DNA from: Chitinophaga pinensis
GTDB taxonomy: Bacteria > Bacteroidota > Bacteroidia > Chitinophagales > UBA10324
DNA: 64,000 nt
Direction: 5' to 3'
Assembly (NCBI GenBank): GCA_945903305.1
Contig: CAMDOA010000003.1
Location: 2,325-66,324 of the forward strand
Below are positions 1 to 10,124 of this stretch, in pieces. A program made the translations under genes and the position numbers. Each line of letters begins with the position of its first letter. The stretch's first letter is position 1. The notes below the pieces were generated by a model. It was not told the DNA's origin, ran no database searches, and saw only the letters and a list, made by a program, of their open reading frames with translations.

Positions 1-1067
1 TAGTAAATACTGATATTAATAATGTAGATGTTTTTGCTTTTGTAGAAGATGAGTCCACCGCCTATGTCAATTACATGAAGGTGGTAAATGGCTCGGTCAT
101 TCAATCCAAAACAATAGAATTGCACAAAAAGATTGAAGAAGAAAAAGAAGACTTATTGCAATTGGCTGTAACAGAACTGCGCGAACAGTTCAACAGCGAA
201 AGCCAAGAAATTATAGTCCCCTTTTTAATTCCATCTCCAAATGACAAAATAAAAATCACCATTCCGCAGATTGGCGATAAGAAAAAACTGCTTGAACTTT
301 CAGAAAAAAATGTATCGTATTACAAACTGAATCTGGCGCTTAATTCATCCGGCAAATCATCACCCGCCGAGCGGATTTTAAAACAATTGAAAGAAGATTT
401 CAGAATGAAGGAATTGCCCGTGCACATTGAGTGCTTTGATAATTCAAATTTTCAGGGAAGTTATCCGGTAGCCTCGCTGGTGGTATTTAAAAATGCCAAA
501 GCGGCAAAAAAAGATTACCGCCATTTCAATATCAAAACCGTGGAAGGCCCCGATGATTTTGCATCAATGGAAGAAATTGTTTTTCGCCGATATAAAAGAA
601 TGCTGGATGAAAATCAATCGTTGCCTCAATTAGTAATAGTTGATGGTGGAAAAGGACAACTAAGCGCCGCGGTAACCAGCATTGAAAAATTAGGATTAAA
701 AGGCAAAATGGCGGTATGTGGAATTGCAAAACGATTGGAAGAAATTTATTTCCCTGATGATTCATTGCCGTTGTACATCAATAAAAAATCGGAAAGCTTA
801 AAACTCATACAGCAAATCCGCAATGAAGCACATCGGTTCGCTATCACTTTTCATAGATTGAAGCGGAGTAAGGGAACCATTAAATCAGGGCTGCTTGAAA
901 TTCCCGGAATTGGAAAAGCAACTACAGAAAAATTGCTGAAACACTTTCACTCCATCGAAAAAATAAAACAGGCAGGCGAAGCAGAAATTATAAAACTGAT
1001 AGGAAAATCGAAAGCGGCATTGGTGATGGCTCAACTTCAACCCAAGAATGATTTGGTGAATGAATAA
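1..1067 (+). CDS. uvrC: Excinuclease ABC subunit C (UvrC), C-terminal part; the 5' end lies outside the window
   Basis: The frame of ORF 75..1067 stays open back to the window edge (..VDVFAFVEDESTAYVNYMK..). UvrC hallmarks are present: HIECFDNSNFQG, LVIVDGGKGQL, RNEAHRFAITFHR, and a C-terminal helix-hairpin-helix LLEIPGIGKATTEKLLKHF. Confidence 0.9.
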   Translation, partial: VNTDINNVDVFAFVEDESTAYVNYMKVVNGSVIQSKTIELHKKIEEEKEDLLQLAVTELREQFNSESQEIIVPFLIPSPNDKIKITIPQIGDKKKLLELSEKNVSYYKLNLALNSSGKSSPAERILKQLKEDFRMKELPVHIECFDNSNFQGSYPVASLVVFKNAKAAKKDYRHFNIKTVEGPDDFASMEEIVFRRYKRMLDENQSLPQLVIVDGGKGQLSAAVTSIEKLGLKGKMAVCGIAKRLEEIYFPDDSLPLYINKKSESLKLIQQIRNEAHRFAITFHRLKRSKGTIKSGLLEIPGIGKATTEKLLKHFHSIEKIKQAGEAEIIKLIGKSKAALVMAQLQPKNDLVNE

Positions 1068-1071
1068 TACC

Positions 1072-1107
1072 AAAACGCTCCGGAAAAAATTTCGGAGCGT
1101 TTTTTTA
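1072..1107. terminator. Intrinsic terminator hairpin between convergent uvrC and gldN (bidirectional layout)
   Basis: aaaacgctccg (1072-1082) pairs perfectly with cggagcgtttt (1093-1103) around a 10-nt loop. An A-run precedes it and a T-run (1100-1107) follows. It sits in the 63-bp gap between two convergent stop codons. Confidence 0.6.
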
Positions 1108-1130
1108 TTAACTGAGTAGTAAGTTATTCT

Positions 1131-1961
1131 TTACAACGACCAAAGGTCATGTTCCCATTCGAACATTTCCTGTTTAATTTTTTCGGCTTCCATTAATGCA
1201 TCAACGCCGGTCTTGTAATCTTGAATTCGTCTGTCAAGCACATTTGATTCCTTAATTATATAACTCCCAAATAATCTTCCTTCAAAAATATCGTCCCAAC
1301 TAAAACGAATCGCATCGTTCTTTGGATTAAAACAATCTTGCTTAACTAATATTTTTCTGAAATCAGGATAGTAAACCCAGTATAAAGGTAATTCGCCTGC
1401 ATCAGGGTCTGTATATATCGGGGCTATTCCAAGAATTCGCACTTGAAGAGTAGAGGTTTCTTTATCAAAAAACCAATCTTCTTTTACTCTGAATTTTTTT
1501 ACCGAGTTCGGATCAAATTCATTTTGCACAATAGTATCCTTCGTGTAATTTCCATCAATATCATATTGGGCAATGGTATCTATACTTCCTGTCTTCTTAT
1601 TAAAGGCTTCAACAGTTAATGGAATTTTAAAATACTCATCGTCATAAACAACAGCCCCTTCTTTAATCGCATCATTAAAAATGGTGATTAACGGTTTCAT
1701 GTCTTTCCAGTCAATACCTTCATATTTAAAAGGCAAATTAATTTTTTCTCTTGAATCAATCACTCTCCATATTCTCTTCTCCATAAAAACATCAGATTCA
1801 CGAATATGATCGTACGGAATGATTTCTCTTTCTGACGGAGAAACACGGCCATAAATTCGATCACGAGGTGCTTGTTCTTCGGTGGTTCCTTGTGCAAAAG
1901 ATGCATTGCAAAAAGTAAAACCTAAAGTCAAAACAATTAATAACGATGTTATTTTTTTCAT
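1131..1961 (-). CDS. gldN: Gliding motility / T9SS periplasmic ring protein GldN (PorN)
   Basis: 276 aa with an N-terminal signal peptide (LIVLTLGFTFCNASFAQ). It is the last gene of a K-L-M-N ordered operon, and carries a GldN-like VKEDWFFDKETS motif. Confidence 0.8.
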   Translation of the reverse strand: MKKITSLLIVLTLGFTFCNASFAQGTTEEQAPRDRIYGRVSPSEREIIPYDHIRESDVFMEKRIWRVIDSREKINLPFKYEGIDWKDMKPLITIFNDAIKEGAVVYDDEYFKIPLTVEAFNKKTGSIDTIAQYDIDGNYTKDTIVQNEFDPNSVKKFRVKEDWFFDKETSTLQVRILGIAPIYTDPDAGELPLYWVYYPDFRKILVKQDCFNPKNDAIRFSWDDIFEGRLFGSYIIKESNVLDRRIQDYKTGVDALMEAEKIKQEMFEWEHDLWSL

Positions 1962-1989
1962 GACTGATTAATTTAATGAGAATTAAAAA

Positions 1990-3642
1990 CTAACGAATTT
2001 CAATTGGAATACTATTGATGGAACGAACAGTACCATCAGGGCCTTTCGCACGAATTTTTCTGAAAATGAATTGATCACCGGGTTTACAAATTTTCAGGTA
2101 ATCTGAAACTGCTCCGGAAAATTTCGCTCCTGTCATTGGCGAAATTTTAGCATCTTGTCTTTTTGCAATAAATACACACTCAAATGCAACAACATCAAAA
2201 CGAACTCCTTCAAAATAGAAATCTTTTAACACAGCCCCGATACCTGGAACTGCTCTAATTTCACCCGTTTTCATATCACCTTCAGATTTACCGCCAATTT
2301 GTGCAACTGGATCCGGAATCCGCTTAATCACAAATTCTGAAGCACCCACCGTAGTGGTTTTATCCTGATCTTTCACTGTAACCGTGATTTTCACCTTTGT
2401 ATTAACCATGCTTGCAGGCATGTTGGCAATGTATTTTCCCTTGCTGCCTGTAAATGAACCAGCAGATGCTGAAGCTGTTAATTTATCTGCAGAAAATCCC
2501 GGAACCGAAATAGAAAAAGGATTTGGAATACCTGCATAAATTAAATTCAAATTATCGGGTGCAATTACGCAAGACCCTTTAGCTGTTGTATAAACTGATT
2601 CAAATGGGTAATATACCGGAGTTCCGTCGGGACCGGTTATCATTACTGCACCTGAATATTTTTGCTCTCCTTCACCACTTGCGGTTCTTTTATATTTTCC
2701 CATTCCCAATTCAATTTCCAATTTTTCGCCGCCACCAGACACAGGATTTACTTTAGTTTCTTTGTAAGAGTCACCATCCTTTACCGCATTGCTGTTAAGC
2801 GGGCCAATAATAATTGTTGGATCAGCAGTTGAATTATAGGCAGCCACAAAAATATCTGCCTTATACTCCTGACCCGACATGATATAACTTGATGGTGCAA
2901 TTACTTTAGCAGTCATTCTATCAACTTTAAAATCCAAAGCATTAATTCGACTTAATAAATAATCAATTACCTGTGCCTCAGAATTTTTAGCATCGTTTTT
3001 AAATTTATTTAAAAGCGTCATACAAGCAATTGTTGGAACCATATGAAAGTTTGCCTCTTCCCAGGTTTTAACCTCACCTTCCTGTCCTTTAATATTTTCC
3101 ATAATACTTAAAGGCATTTGACTCTCAAAATTCTTTTTCGCTTCTGGATCTTCAATTAATGCTAAAAGTTTTGTTCTTGTGTCGATAATGGCTTTCTTCA
3201 AAATTTCAGCTTTTTTTCCTTCCTCGAGCATTAGTCGTGTCGAAACATCTAAGTTTTTATCATCGCTTAACTTCCCCAATTCAGGTTTCCAACCTTTCAT
3301 TTGTACTTGCTCGTTTTTATCAATCCATCCTCCACTACCTTCAACTACTTCATCCATAATTCCGGTAATCAAAATACATAAATCATCCACATATTTTTTT
3401 GAGAGTGCAGCTTTATCATAATAAGGTTTTGCTTTTTCTTTTTGAATTTCTAATTGATCAGCAAAAAATTTCATTGACTTTTCATTTTTCGAGTCTACCG
3501 ATATATTAGAATTATTAATACCCTGATTTACAACATGAAAGGCATTCAGGATTTCTGCAGACACATTCATCGCGAGCAGGGCAGTCAACACAAGATACAT
3601 CATGTTGATCATCATCTGCCTGGGTTCCTTTGGAATTGACAT
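1990..3642 (-). CDS. gldM: Gliding motility / T9SS motor protein GldM (PorM)
   Basis: 550 aa. The N-terminus PRQMMINMMYLVLTALLAMNVSAEILNAF is the characteristic single-TM GldM signature. A long periplasmic region follows, and the gene sits between gldL and gldN. Confidence 0.85.
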   Translation of the reverse strand: MSIPKEPRQMMINMMYLVLTALLAMNVSAEILNAFHVVNQGINNSNISVDSKNEKSMKFFADQLEIQKEKAKPYYDKAALSKKYVDDLCILITGIMDEVVEGSGGWIDKNEQVQMKGWKPELGKLSDDKNLDVSTRLMLEEGKKAEILKKAIIDTRTKLLALIEDPEAKKNFESQMPLSIMENIKGQEGEVKTWEEANFHMVPTIACMTLLNKFKNDAKNSEAQVIDYLLSRINALDFKVDRMTAKVIAPSSYIMSGQEYKADIFVAAYNSTADPTIIIGPLNSNAVKDGDSYKETKVNPVSGGGEKLEIELGMGKYKRTASGEGEQKYSGAVMITGPDGTPVYYPFESVYTTAKGSCVIAPDNLNLIYAGIPNPFSISVPGFSADKLTASASAGSFTGSKGKYIANMPASMVNTKVKITVTVKDQDKTTTVGASEFVIKRIPDPVAQIGGKSEGDMKTGEIRAVPGIGAVLKDFYFEGVRFDVVAFECVFIAKRQDAKISPMTGAKFSGAVSDYLKICKPGDQFIFRKIRAKGPDGTVRSINSIPIEIR

Positions 3643-3690
3643 TATCTTTAAGTGTGTTTTGTTTTATTAATATTTGGTTCAAAAATTATT

Positions 3691-4515
3691 CTATCGACCG
3701 CTTGCTCCACCAATTTGCATTGCTGAAAGCATGTTACCATATATAGAGTTCAAATGACCAAGGTTTTTTGCCAATCCATTCATTTCAGTTTTATATTTTT
3801 TAGTATCTTCAACTGAATCATTTAAATTTTCAATGGCACTTGAAAGTGTACCATAAAATTTATTCATAGTTTTCAAATGACTGTTGGTATCTTGAAGTTC
3901 CAATTCGTAAATAGCATTCAATTGTGCAAGATTTTTTGAAACTTGTTGAACTTGTTCATGATATTTCTTGGTTTCATCTGCACCTGAAGCAAGCAATTCT
4001 GCAGCATTTGTTGCTTCGTTATATGCCTTTTTCATTTCTGATAATGCGGCTGATGCTTCTTTGGTTTTTGCAGTATATTCTCCGGTAGCAGATGCAGCAT
4101 CACTAACCTCTGACAATTTTGAAAGGTTTTCGCCTAATTTATTAAGGTTATCACCTAATCGACGAATAAGTTCTTGATCAACATTGGCTGTTTCTAATAA
4201 ATTATCAAATTGTTGAGTTAAAGTACCATGAGTAGCTTTATCATGCTCTTTTATTAACTCTTCTTCATCAGGTGCTAAATCAATTTCCGGATAAATTTTT
4301 TCCCAATAATAATCTTTGTGGGGAGGCAATATTCCTAACAATGCAAAAATAAAAGCTTCGGTACACATACCAACAATTAGCATCTCACTGGCAAAAGCCC
4401 AATGCTGTAATTTAAAAAGAGCACCCATAAGTACAATGGCTGCACCTAATCCGATAATAAGATTCTTAATTCTTTTACCTTTTTCAGTCTCGAAAAAATG
4501 AGCGAGTTTATTCAT
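3691..4515 (-). CDS. gldL: Gliding motility / T9SS motor protein GldL (PorL)
   Basis: 274 aa. Two N-terminal TM helices carry GAAIVLMGALFKLQHW and a conserved Glu-containing second helix (GMCTEAFIFALLGI). The cytoplasmic tail is coiled-coil-like, and the gene sits between gldK and gldM. Confidence 0.8.
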   Translation of the reverse strand: MNKLAHFFETEKGKRIKNLIIGLGAAIVLMGALFKLQHWAFASEMLIVGMCTEAFIFALLGILPPHKDYYWEKIYPEIDLAPDEEELIKEHDKATHGTLTQQFDNLLETANVDQELIRRLGDNLNKLGENLSKLSEVSDAASATGEYTAKTKEASAALSEMKKAYNEATNAAELLASGADETKKYHEQVQQVSKNLAQLNAIYELELQDTNSHLKTMNKFYGTLSSAIENLNDSVEDTKKYKTEMNGLAKNLGHLNSIYGNMLSAMQIGGASGR

Positions 4516-4623
4516 TGTTTAAATGTGTTTATTTTATAATTTGTTTTTAATTTGGTTTAATTAATTCAAAACAAGGCAGATTAAATTTTTATAAATAATT
4601 TAATGTATAACAGTTGTTAATCA

Positions 4624-5895
4624 TTAATCATTTATTGATCGACCTAAGAATGTTAAAGTGTTTCGGAATCCAACATATGCTTTACCGGAATCCTGATATT
4701 CATAATTTCGAACTCCAGTCTGGCAATAGTATGCAATGTCTTTCCAAGATCCACCTCTGATAACTTTTCTTTTTAAAGTTATTGCATCAGAATTTTGAGT
4801 GTTATATTGAATATCCGGGTTTAAATCCCATACAAAAGAATACGAATTTTCATAAAATGCAGTTGAAGTCCATTCTGAAACATTTCCTGCCATATTATAA
4901 AGACCGTAATCATTTGGGAAATAAGCATCAACTTTTACTGTGTAAAAACCACCATCATCAGGGTAATTACCGCGACCAGGTTTAAAGTTTGCGAGTATAC
5001 ATCCTTTTTTATTTCGCATATACGGCCCCCCCCAAGGATAAGGAGAAATATCCCGCCCGCCTCTTGCAGCATACTCCCATTCAGATTCATAAGGAAGTCT
5101 GAACTCATCATTTATTACATCGCCTAATTCTGTTCGGTAATCATTCCAAAAACGAGTACGCCATTTTGAAAATGCAGTTGCCTGCTTCCAATCAACGCCA
5201 ACTACTGGGTAATTATCAAATGCTGGGTGCCAAAAATAATTTCTGGTCATAGGCTCATTATATGAATAAGTAAAATCGTGAACCCAACACAATGTATCAG
5301 GATATACATTTACATTTTCAGACATAATAACTGTGCTTCTATCAAAATCAAGATTGTGAGGATTTGAACCCGAAGTTCTATTTTCTTCTTTTGCTGCTGT
5401 TTTAAAATCTACCCAATAATAAACATAGTTGAGCATTTTTGTATTGATTTCCTTTCTTCCAAGAATTCGCTGATTTTCAGGCGTATATAAAGATGAAAGT
5501 TGATCTTGTATTTCTTCGTCTTCCCAATCAATTTGTTCTCTCCAGTTAACTGCATTGTCATCAATTAAATAATCGCCTCCTAATATTTTGTGAGCAATTG
5601 AATCTCTAACAAATTCAACAAACTGACGATATTCATTATTGGAGATTTCGGTCTCATCCATAAAGAATCCTTGAATGGATATGGATTTAGGTTTTTGTAT
5701 CAAGGCATTATTAATGTCTTGGTCACTTTGGCCGATGTGTAAAGTACCGGATGGAATGTAAATCATTCCGTAAGGAACTATCGTATTCCATTCAGGCCGG
5801 TCGAGGGAACCGAGCAGTTGCCCATTGTACCCGCCGTTGCAAGCAGCAAGTAGGCACACTAACCCTATTAGAAAATACCTTGAAATCTTGATCAT
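4624..5895 (-). CDS. gldK: Gliding motility / T9SS lipoprotein GldK (PorK), FGE-sulfatase (SUMF1) fold
   Basis: Lipobox LLAAC followed by a formylglycine-generating-enzyme-like domain (NNEYRQFV, YPWG, RGGSWKD, GFR). The ORF track starts at GTG 5913; the ATG at 5895 (MIKISRYFLIGLVCLLAAC) is the more likely start. Confidence 0.85.
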   Translation of the reverse strand: MIKISRYFLIGLVCLLAACNGGYNGQLLGSLDRPEWNTIVPYGMIYIPSGTLHIGQSDQDINNALIQKPKSISIQGFFMDETEISNNEYRQFVEFVRDSIAHKILGGDYLIDDNAVNWREQIDWEDEEIQDQLSSLYTPENQRILGRKEINTKMLNYVYYWVDFKTAAKEENRTSGSNPHNLDFDRSTVIMSENVNVYPDTLCWVHDFTYSYNEPMTRNYFWHPAFDNYPVVGVDWKQATAFSKWRTRFWNDYRTELGDVINDEFRLPYESEWEYAARGGRDISPYPWGGPYMRNKKGCILANFKPGRGNYPDDGGFYTVKVDAYFPNDYGLYNMAGNVSEWTSTAFYENSYSFVWDLNPDIQYNTQNSDAITLKRKVIRGGSWKDIAYYCQTGVRNYEYQDSGKAYVGFRNTLTFLGRSIND

Positions 5896-6073
5896 GGTTC
5901 GTGGTTTAATCACTTAGCGAGTAGAGGTTGTTACTATAGAAAGTTATTTATGGGTGGGTAAAAATAATTATTTCATCTATCTAACCAAATCAATTTTTTT
6001 GAAGGGTACTTTTTGAGTCAGACGCATTTTAACGAAGGATTCAAACAAAAGGTTACAAATCTGTGACATTATT

Positions 6074-7054
6074 TTAAAATCTTGGGGTGAAAATTATTTT
6101 TTCAGGCTTAGCCGGCTTGGTTAAACTAACAGAATAATGAAGCATTAACTCGTGACTTCCATCATTCGCAGATGATAATTTTGAAATGGAATACTCATAA
6201 GCATATCCAATTTTAAAATCCGGAGAAAGATTTATTCCCAGAAATCCAATTAATGCATCCGGATTTTTTGAACTCATACCTCTGTATCCTACACCAATCC
6301 ATCCTGATTTTTTATAGCCTAACATTATAGACCCTTCGCTTTGAAACTCATTGAAATTATATTTTAAAAAAGCAGCCGGCTTTATACTTATTGTTTTTTC
6401 TCTATTTATTAGAAATGAAATACTGCCAGAAATATTTCTCACTTCATCAACAGATAGTTTTCCGGAATTGGAGGAATATTTTAATGTTGGGTTTAATAAG
6501 TGAGACCCGGTTATTCCAACATTCATAATTTTATTAAGATAAAATATTCCGGTTGAAAATTCAGGCGCGATTGCTGAAACGGAATTCAGGGGAAGAAGGC
6601 CGTCATTATGGCTAATGATGGAACCAGAATAAAATCCATCTGGCGCAAGCAACTTTGCACCATCAATTGTGGATTGAATAATTCCACCACGAACGCCAAA
6701 ACCAAAACGATGATTTTTATTCCCAGCGATAAATGAATAACCAACCATTGCATATGTATTTTTTTGTACCCCTTGTTGACTATTAAGTATTAATAATCCC
6801 AACCCTCCATGAAGATTTGGAATATATGAACTGAACGATAGCGCCTGTGCAGTTGGATGACCTGTAATATTCAACCATTGGGTTCTTCCGATTGCTGAAG
6901 CATTTATGGATTTTGTAATTCCGGAAACGGCCGGATTATAAAATTCTGGGTTCAAAGAGCCATAAGCAAATTGGGGAAGTTGTTGAGCAAAAGAAAATTC
7001 TGAGCTACAGAAAATAAATATAATTAGCTGAAGTAAAATTTTTTTGTCCTTCAT
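6074..7054 (-). CDS. porP: PorP/SprF-family T9SS outer-membrane beta-barrel protein
   Basis: 326 aa with a signal peptide, then QQLPQFAYGSLNPEFYNPAVSG, which resembles the PorP/SprF N-terminal signature. The rest is beta-rich and ends in an aromatic residue. It lies directly upstream of gldK, as in porP-porKLMN loci. Confidence 0.75.
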   Translation of the reverse strand: MKDKKILLQLIIFIFCSSEFSFAQQLPQFAYGSLNPEFYNPAVSGITKSINASAIGRTQWLNITGHPTAQALSFSSYIPNLHGGLGLLILNSQQGVQKNTYAMVGYSFIAGNKNHRFGFGVRGGIIQSTIDGAKLLAPDGFYSGSIISHNDGLLPLNSVSAIAPEFSTGIFYLNKIMNVGITGSHLLNPTLKYSSNSGKLSVDEVRNISGSISFLINREKTISIKPAAFLKYNFNEFQSEGSIMLGYKKSGWIGVGYRGMSSKNPDALIGFLGINLSPDFKIGYAYEYSISKLSSANDGSHELMLHYSVSLTKPAKPEKIIFTPRF

Positions 7055-7084
7055 TATTGTGTTCAGAAAAATAAAAATAATCTA

Positions 7085-9154
7085 TTAGGTCTGAATTGCA
7101 AATGCATTTAATTTTTTCAATAATTGTTCAACCGAATTAACCGGTTGTTCGCACGAATAATTTCTGCATAAATAGAAAACAGGCGTATCAGAAAATTGTT
7201 TGTCGTTCAATAAAGAAACGGCTGTTAGATTTTTTTCTGAGGCAATAAGAATATTTATCGGAAGAAAATTCTTATTCAGCTGTTGTGAATTGAGTATGGA
7301 TTTCTGCCCGGAAATTACCATTTCAATGAATCCAAAATCAAAAGCATTTAACATCAACAACCAATTACCGAAGGATGAAGAAAATTGAATGGAGATATTT
7401 TTGATTTTTGAATACATATTTATTGCAATTTCTCTCCACTCAGATTTATTGAAAATTACACCTAATCGGTAGAGGTTTTCTGCCATCATTGAATTTCCGG
7501 ATGGAGTCGCATTATCAAAATATTCCTTCTTCCGAACCACCACATCGTTTTGCCATTCGGGTGTGTAAAAGAAAAGCGGTTCTGCTTTATCAGTAAAATG
7601 TTCGACAACATATTGTGCCAGTGTTTTTGCCTGTTCAAGCCACTCAATTTTAAAACTTAATTCATAAACATCAATGCATGCTTTTATCAATGTAGAATAA
7701 TCATCGAGAAAGGCAGGATTCGCTGCGATACCGTTTTTATAGTTATGATGAAATGCACCACTTTGTTTTTCATCTTTAAATTTTTCAAACAGAAATATGA
7801 GCTGCGCAATTGCGGTTTCTGAATATTCTTTATTGCCGGTTGCCTTAGCTGCATTTGCAAAGGCAGAAATCATCATTGCATTCCAGCTCAAAATAATTTT
7901 ATCATCTAATGCCGGACGAATTCTTTTTGCCCGTTCGCTCAACAATTTGTTCTTGCAAACTGAAATCAGTTTTTCTAATTCTGTTACACCAACATTTTTT
8001 CTATTCGAAAATGAATCAACGCTTTCTGTACAATTCAGAATATTTTTTTCTTCCCAATTCCCTTCTTCACTCACATTATAGTATTCACAAAAAATTACTG
8101 AGTCTTCCTGCAAGCAATTTTCTATTTCTTTCCTATCCCAAACATAAAATTTACCCTCGACTCCTTCTGAATCTGCATCTAAACTGGAATAAAACCCTCC
8201 GGCAGGACTTTTTAATTCGCGATTGACAAATTCCAGCGTTTCATCAACCACTTTTAAATAATTTTTATTGTGCGTGAGTTTGTAGGCATCAGAATAAGTT
8301 GAAACCAGCAACGCATTATCGTACAACATTTTTTCAAAATGAGGAACCAACCATTTATTATCTGTTGAATATCTTGAAAAGCCACCTCCAACCTGATCAT
8401 AAATTCCACCGCGCATCATTTTATCCAACGATAAGCGAACATGATTCAATGCGCTTTCATCCTTTGTAAAAAAATAATAGTGCATCAGAAAATTCAAACT
8501 GAAAGTGGAAGGAAATTTCGGTGCACCACCAATTCCTCCTTCAATTTGATCAAACTGATTTTTGAGATTTTCGAAAGCAGTTTTTGAAATTTTTTCTTCG
8601 GAATTTTTTGTCTGATACTTTTTCAACAAGTCATTTCTTCCCTGAATCATTTCAGTTAAATCATTTGACTGACTGATGATTTCATTTTTCCGTTCACTCC
8701 ATGCCTGAGTAATTCCACTTAAGATCTGAATCCAACCAGGACGATTGTATGCAGGTTTCGGTGGGAAATAAGTTCCGCCATAAAATGGTTTTAATTCCGG
8801 AGTGAGGAAAACATTCAGCGGCCATCCACCGCTTCCACTCATAATCTGAACGGCTTCCATATAAATATGGTCGAGGTCAGGTCGCTCTTCACGGTCAATC
8901 TTTATGTTGATGAAATTTTCATTCATGAACATTGCCACTTCTTCATTCTCAAAAGATTCATGTTCCATTACATGACACCAATGACATGCTGCGTAACCAA
9001 TGCTGACTAAAATCGGTTTGTTTTCTTTTCGAGATTTCTCTATTGCATCAGTACTCCACGGAAACCAGTTGACCGGATTGTGCGCATGCTGCAACAAGTA
9101 CGGACTGTTTTCATTAATAAGTTGATTGGTGAATTTTTTTTCAACTGTTTCCAT
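7085..9154 (-). CDS. Thioredoxin-domain protein of the DUF255/YyaL family with a six-hairpin glycosidase-like C-terminal region
   Basis: The N-terminus [43 protein letters not shown] is the DUF255 thioredoxin-like signature. Length is about 690 aa. The ORF-track start at 9169 is TTG; the first ATG is at 9154. Confidence 0.85.
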   Translation of the reverse strand: METVEKKFTNQLINENSPYLLQHAHNPVNWFPWSTDAIEKSRKENKPILVSIGYAACHWCHVMEHESFENEEVAMFMNENFINIKIDREERPDLDHIYMEAVQIMSGSGGWPLNVFLTPELKPFYGGTYFPPKPAYNRPGWIQILSGITQAWSERKNEIISQSNDLTEMIQGRNDLLKKYQTKNSEEKISKTAFENLKNQFDQIEGGIGGAPKFPSTFSLNFLMHYYFFTKDESALNHVRLSLDKMMRGGIYDQVGGGFSRYSTDNKWLVPHFEKMLYDNALLVSTYSDAYKLTHNKNYLKVVDETLEFVNRELKSPAGGFYSSLDADSEGVEGKFYVWDRKEIENCLQEDSVIFCEYYNVSEEGNWEEKNILNCTESVDSFSNRKNVGVTELEKLISVCKNKLLSERAKRIRPALDDKIILSWNAMMISAFANAAKATGNKEYSETAIAQLIFLFEKFKDEKQSGAFHHNYKNGIAANPAFLDDYSTLIKACIDVYELSFKIEWLEQAKTLAQYVVEHFTDKAEPLFFYTPEWQNDVVVRKKEYFDNATPSGNSMMAENLYRLGVIFNKSEWREIAINMYSKIKNISIQFSSSFGNWLLMLNAFDFGFIEMVISGQKSILNSQQLNKNFLPINILIASEKNLTAVSLLNDKQFSDTPVFYLCRNYSCEQPVNSVEQLLKKLNAFAIQT

Positions 9155-9196
9155 CGTGCGAAGAAACAATTTAATACTTCAAACGAAATGATATTT

Positions 9197-10102
9197 TTAT
9201 TTCTTCTTTTTTGAAGCAAGAATATATTTTTCTATGGCCATAATCATAGAAGGAGATTCAGGAGAAGGAGCAATAATTTCGCAGCGCAAACTTGCATCTT
9301 CAATTGCCTTTAAAGTAAGTGGACCAAAACCGCCAATCACCTGATTTTTTTGTTTGTAATCGGGAAAATTATGCTTCAAAGAATTTATACTCATTGGTCC
9401 GAAAAATATAAGTGCATCAAAATCCAAATCCTTTTTCTTTAATTCCACCGGTACAGTATTCAGAATTACAGCTTCAGCAAAATCAATATTACTCTTCTTC
9501 AAAAAATCTGGTATATCAGATTTATGAATATCAGCGCATGGCACCAAAAATTTTTCACCTTCATTTCTGTGATGTAGCACTACCTTGAAAAAATTAGGAA
9601 TTGATCCATCGCCATAAAACACTTTGCGTTTGCGATACAAAATATATTTCTGTAAGTACAGGGCCACTGATTCTGTCATGCAATAATACTTTGTTTCGTC
9701 GGGCATGCGTATTCGCAAACTCTCACACAAACTGAAATAGTGATCAATGATATTTCTGCTGGTAAAAATTACAGATTGGAAACTCAGCGGATTTATTTTA
9801 TACCGACGAAATTCTCTGTTTTCAATTCCGACTAAATGAATAAAGGGTTTAAATTCAATTTCAACTTTATACTTCCGGCACAACTCGTTGTACGGGTTTT
9901 TATCGTTCTCCGGTTTTGCCTGAGAAATTAAAATAGTTTTTATTGGTCGCGGGGGAATAAAAGGTGCCGCTGTCTCAAAAATTTTTTTAGGGTCAATAGA
10001 ATTAGAACCTTTTTTAGAAAATGTTTTTTTTAAATGTGTAGCCGCCTTGGAAATTGAATTGGTGACTTTCTTTATTTGCTTCTTCGTTTTTGTCAACTTC
10101 AT
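9197..10102 (-). CDS. Uroporphyrinogen-III synthase (HemD)-like protein with a Lys-rich N-terminal extension
   Basis: About 240 aa of two-lobed HemD-like sequence (VIFTSRNIIDHYF .. ALIFFGPMSINSL) follows about 55 basic, low-complexity residues. It is adjacent to a DUF4271-type membrane protein, a pairing I recall as common in Bacteroidetes. Confidence 0.55.
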   Translation of the reverse strand: MKLTKTKKQIKKVTNSISKAATHLKKTFSKKGSNSIDPKKIFETAAPFIPPRPIKTILISQAKPENDKNPYNELCRKYKVEIEFKPFIHLVGIENREFRRYKINPLSFQSVIFTSRNIIDHYFSLCESLRIRMPDETKYYCMTESVALYLQKYILYRKRKVFYGDGSIPNFFKVVLHHRNEGEKFLVPCADIHKSDIPDFLKKSNIDFAEAVILNTVPVELKKKDLDFDALIFFGPMSINSLKHNFPDYKQKNQVIGGFGPLTLKAIEDASLRCEIIAPSPESPSMIMAIEKYILASKKKK

Positions 10103-10124
10103 TCAAAATTTTTTTCACAATCAG

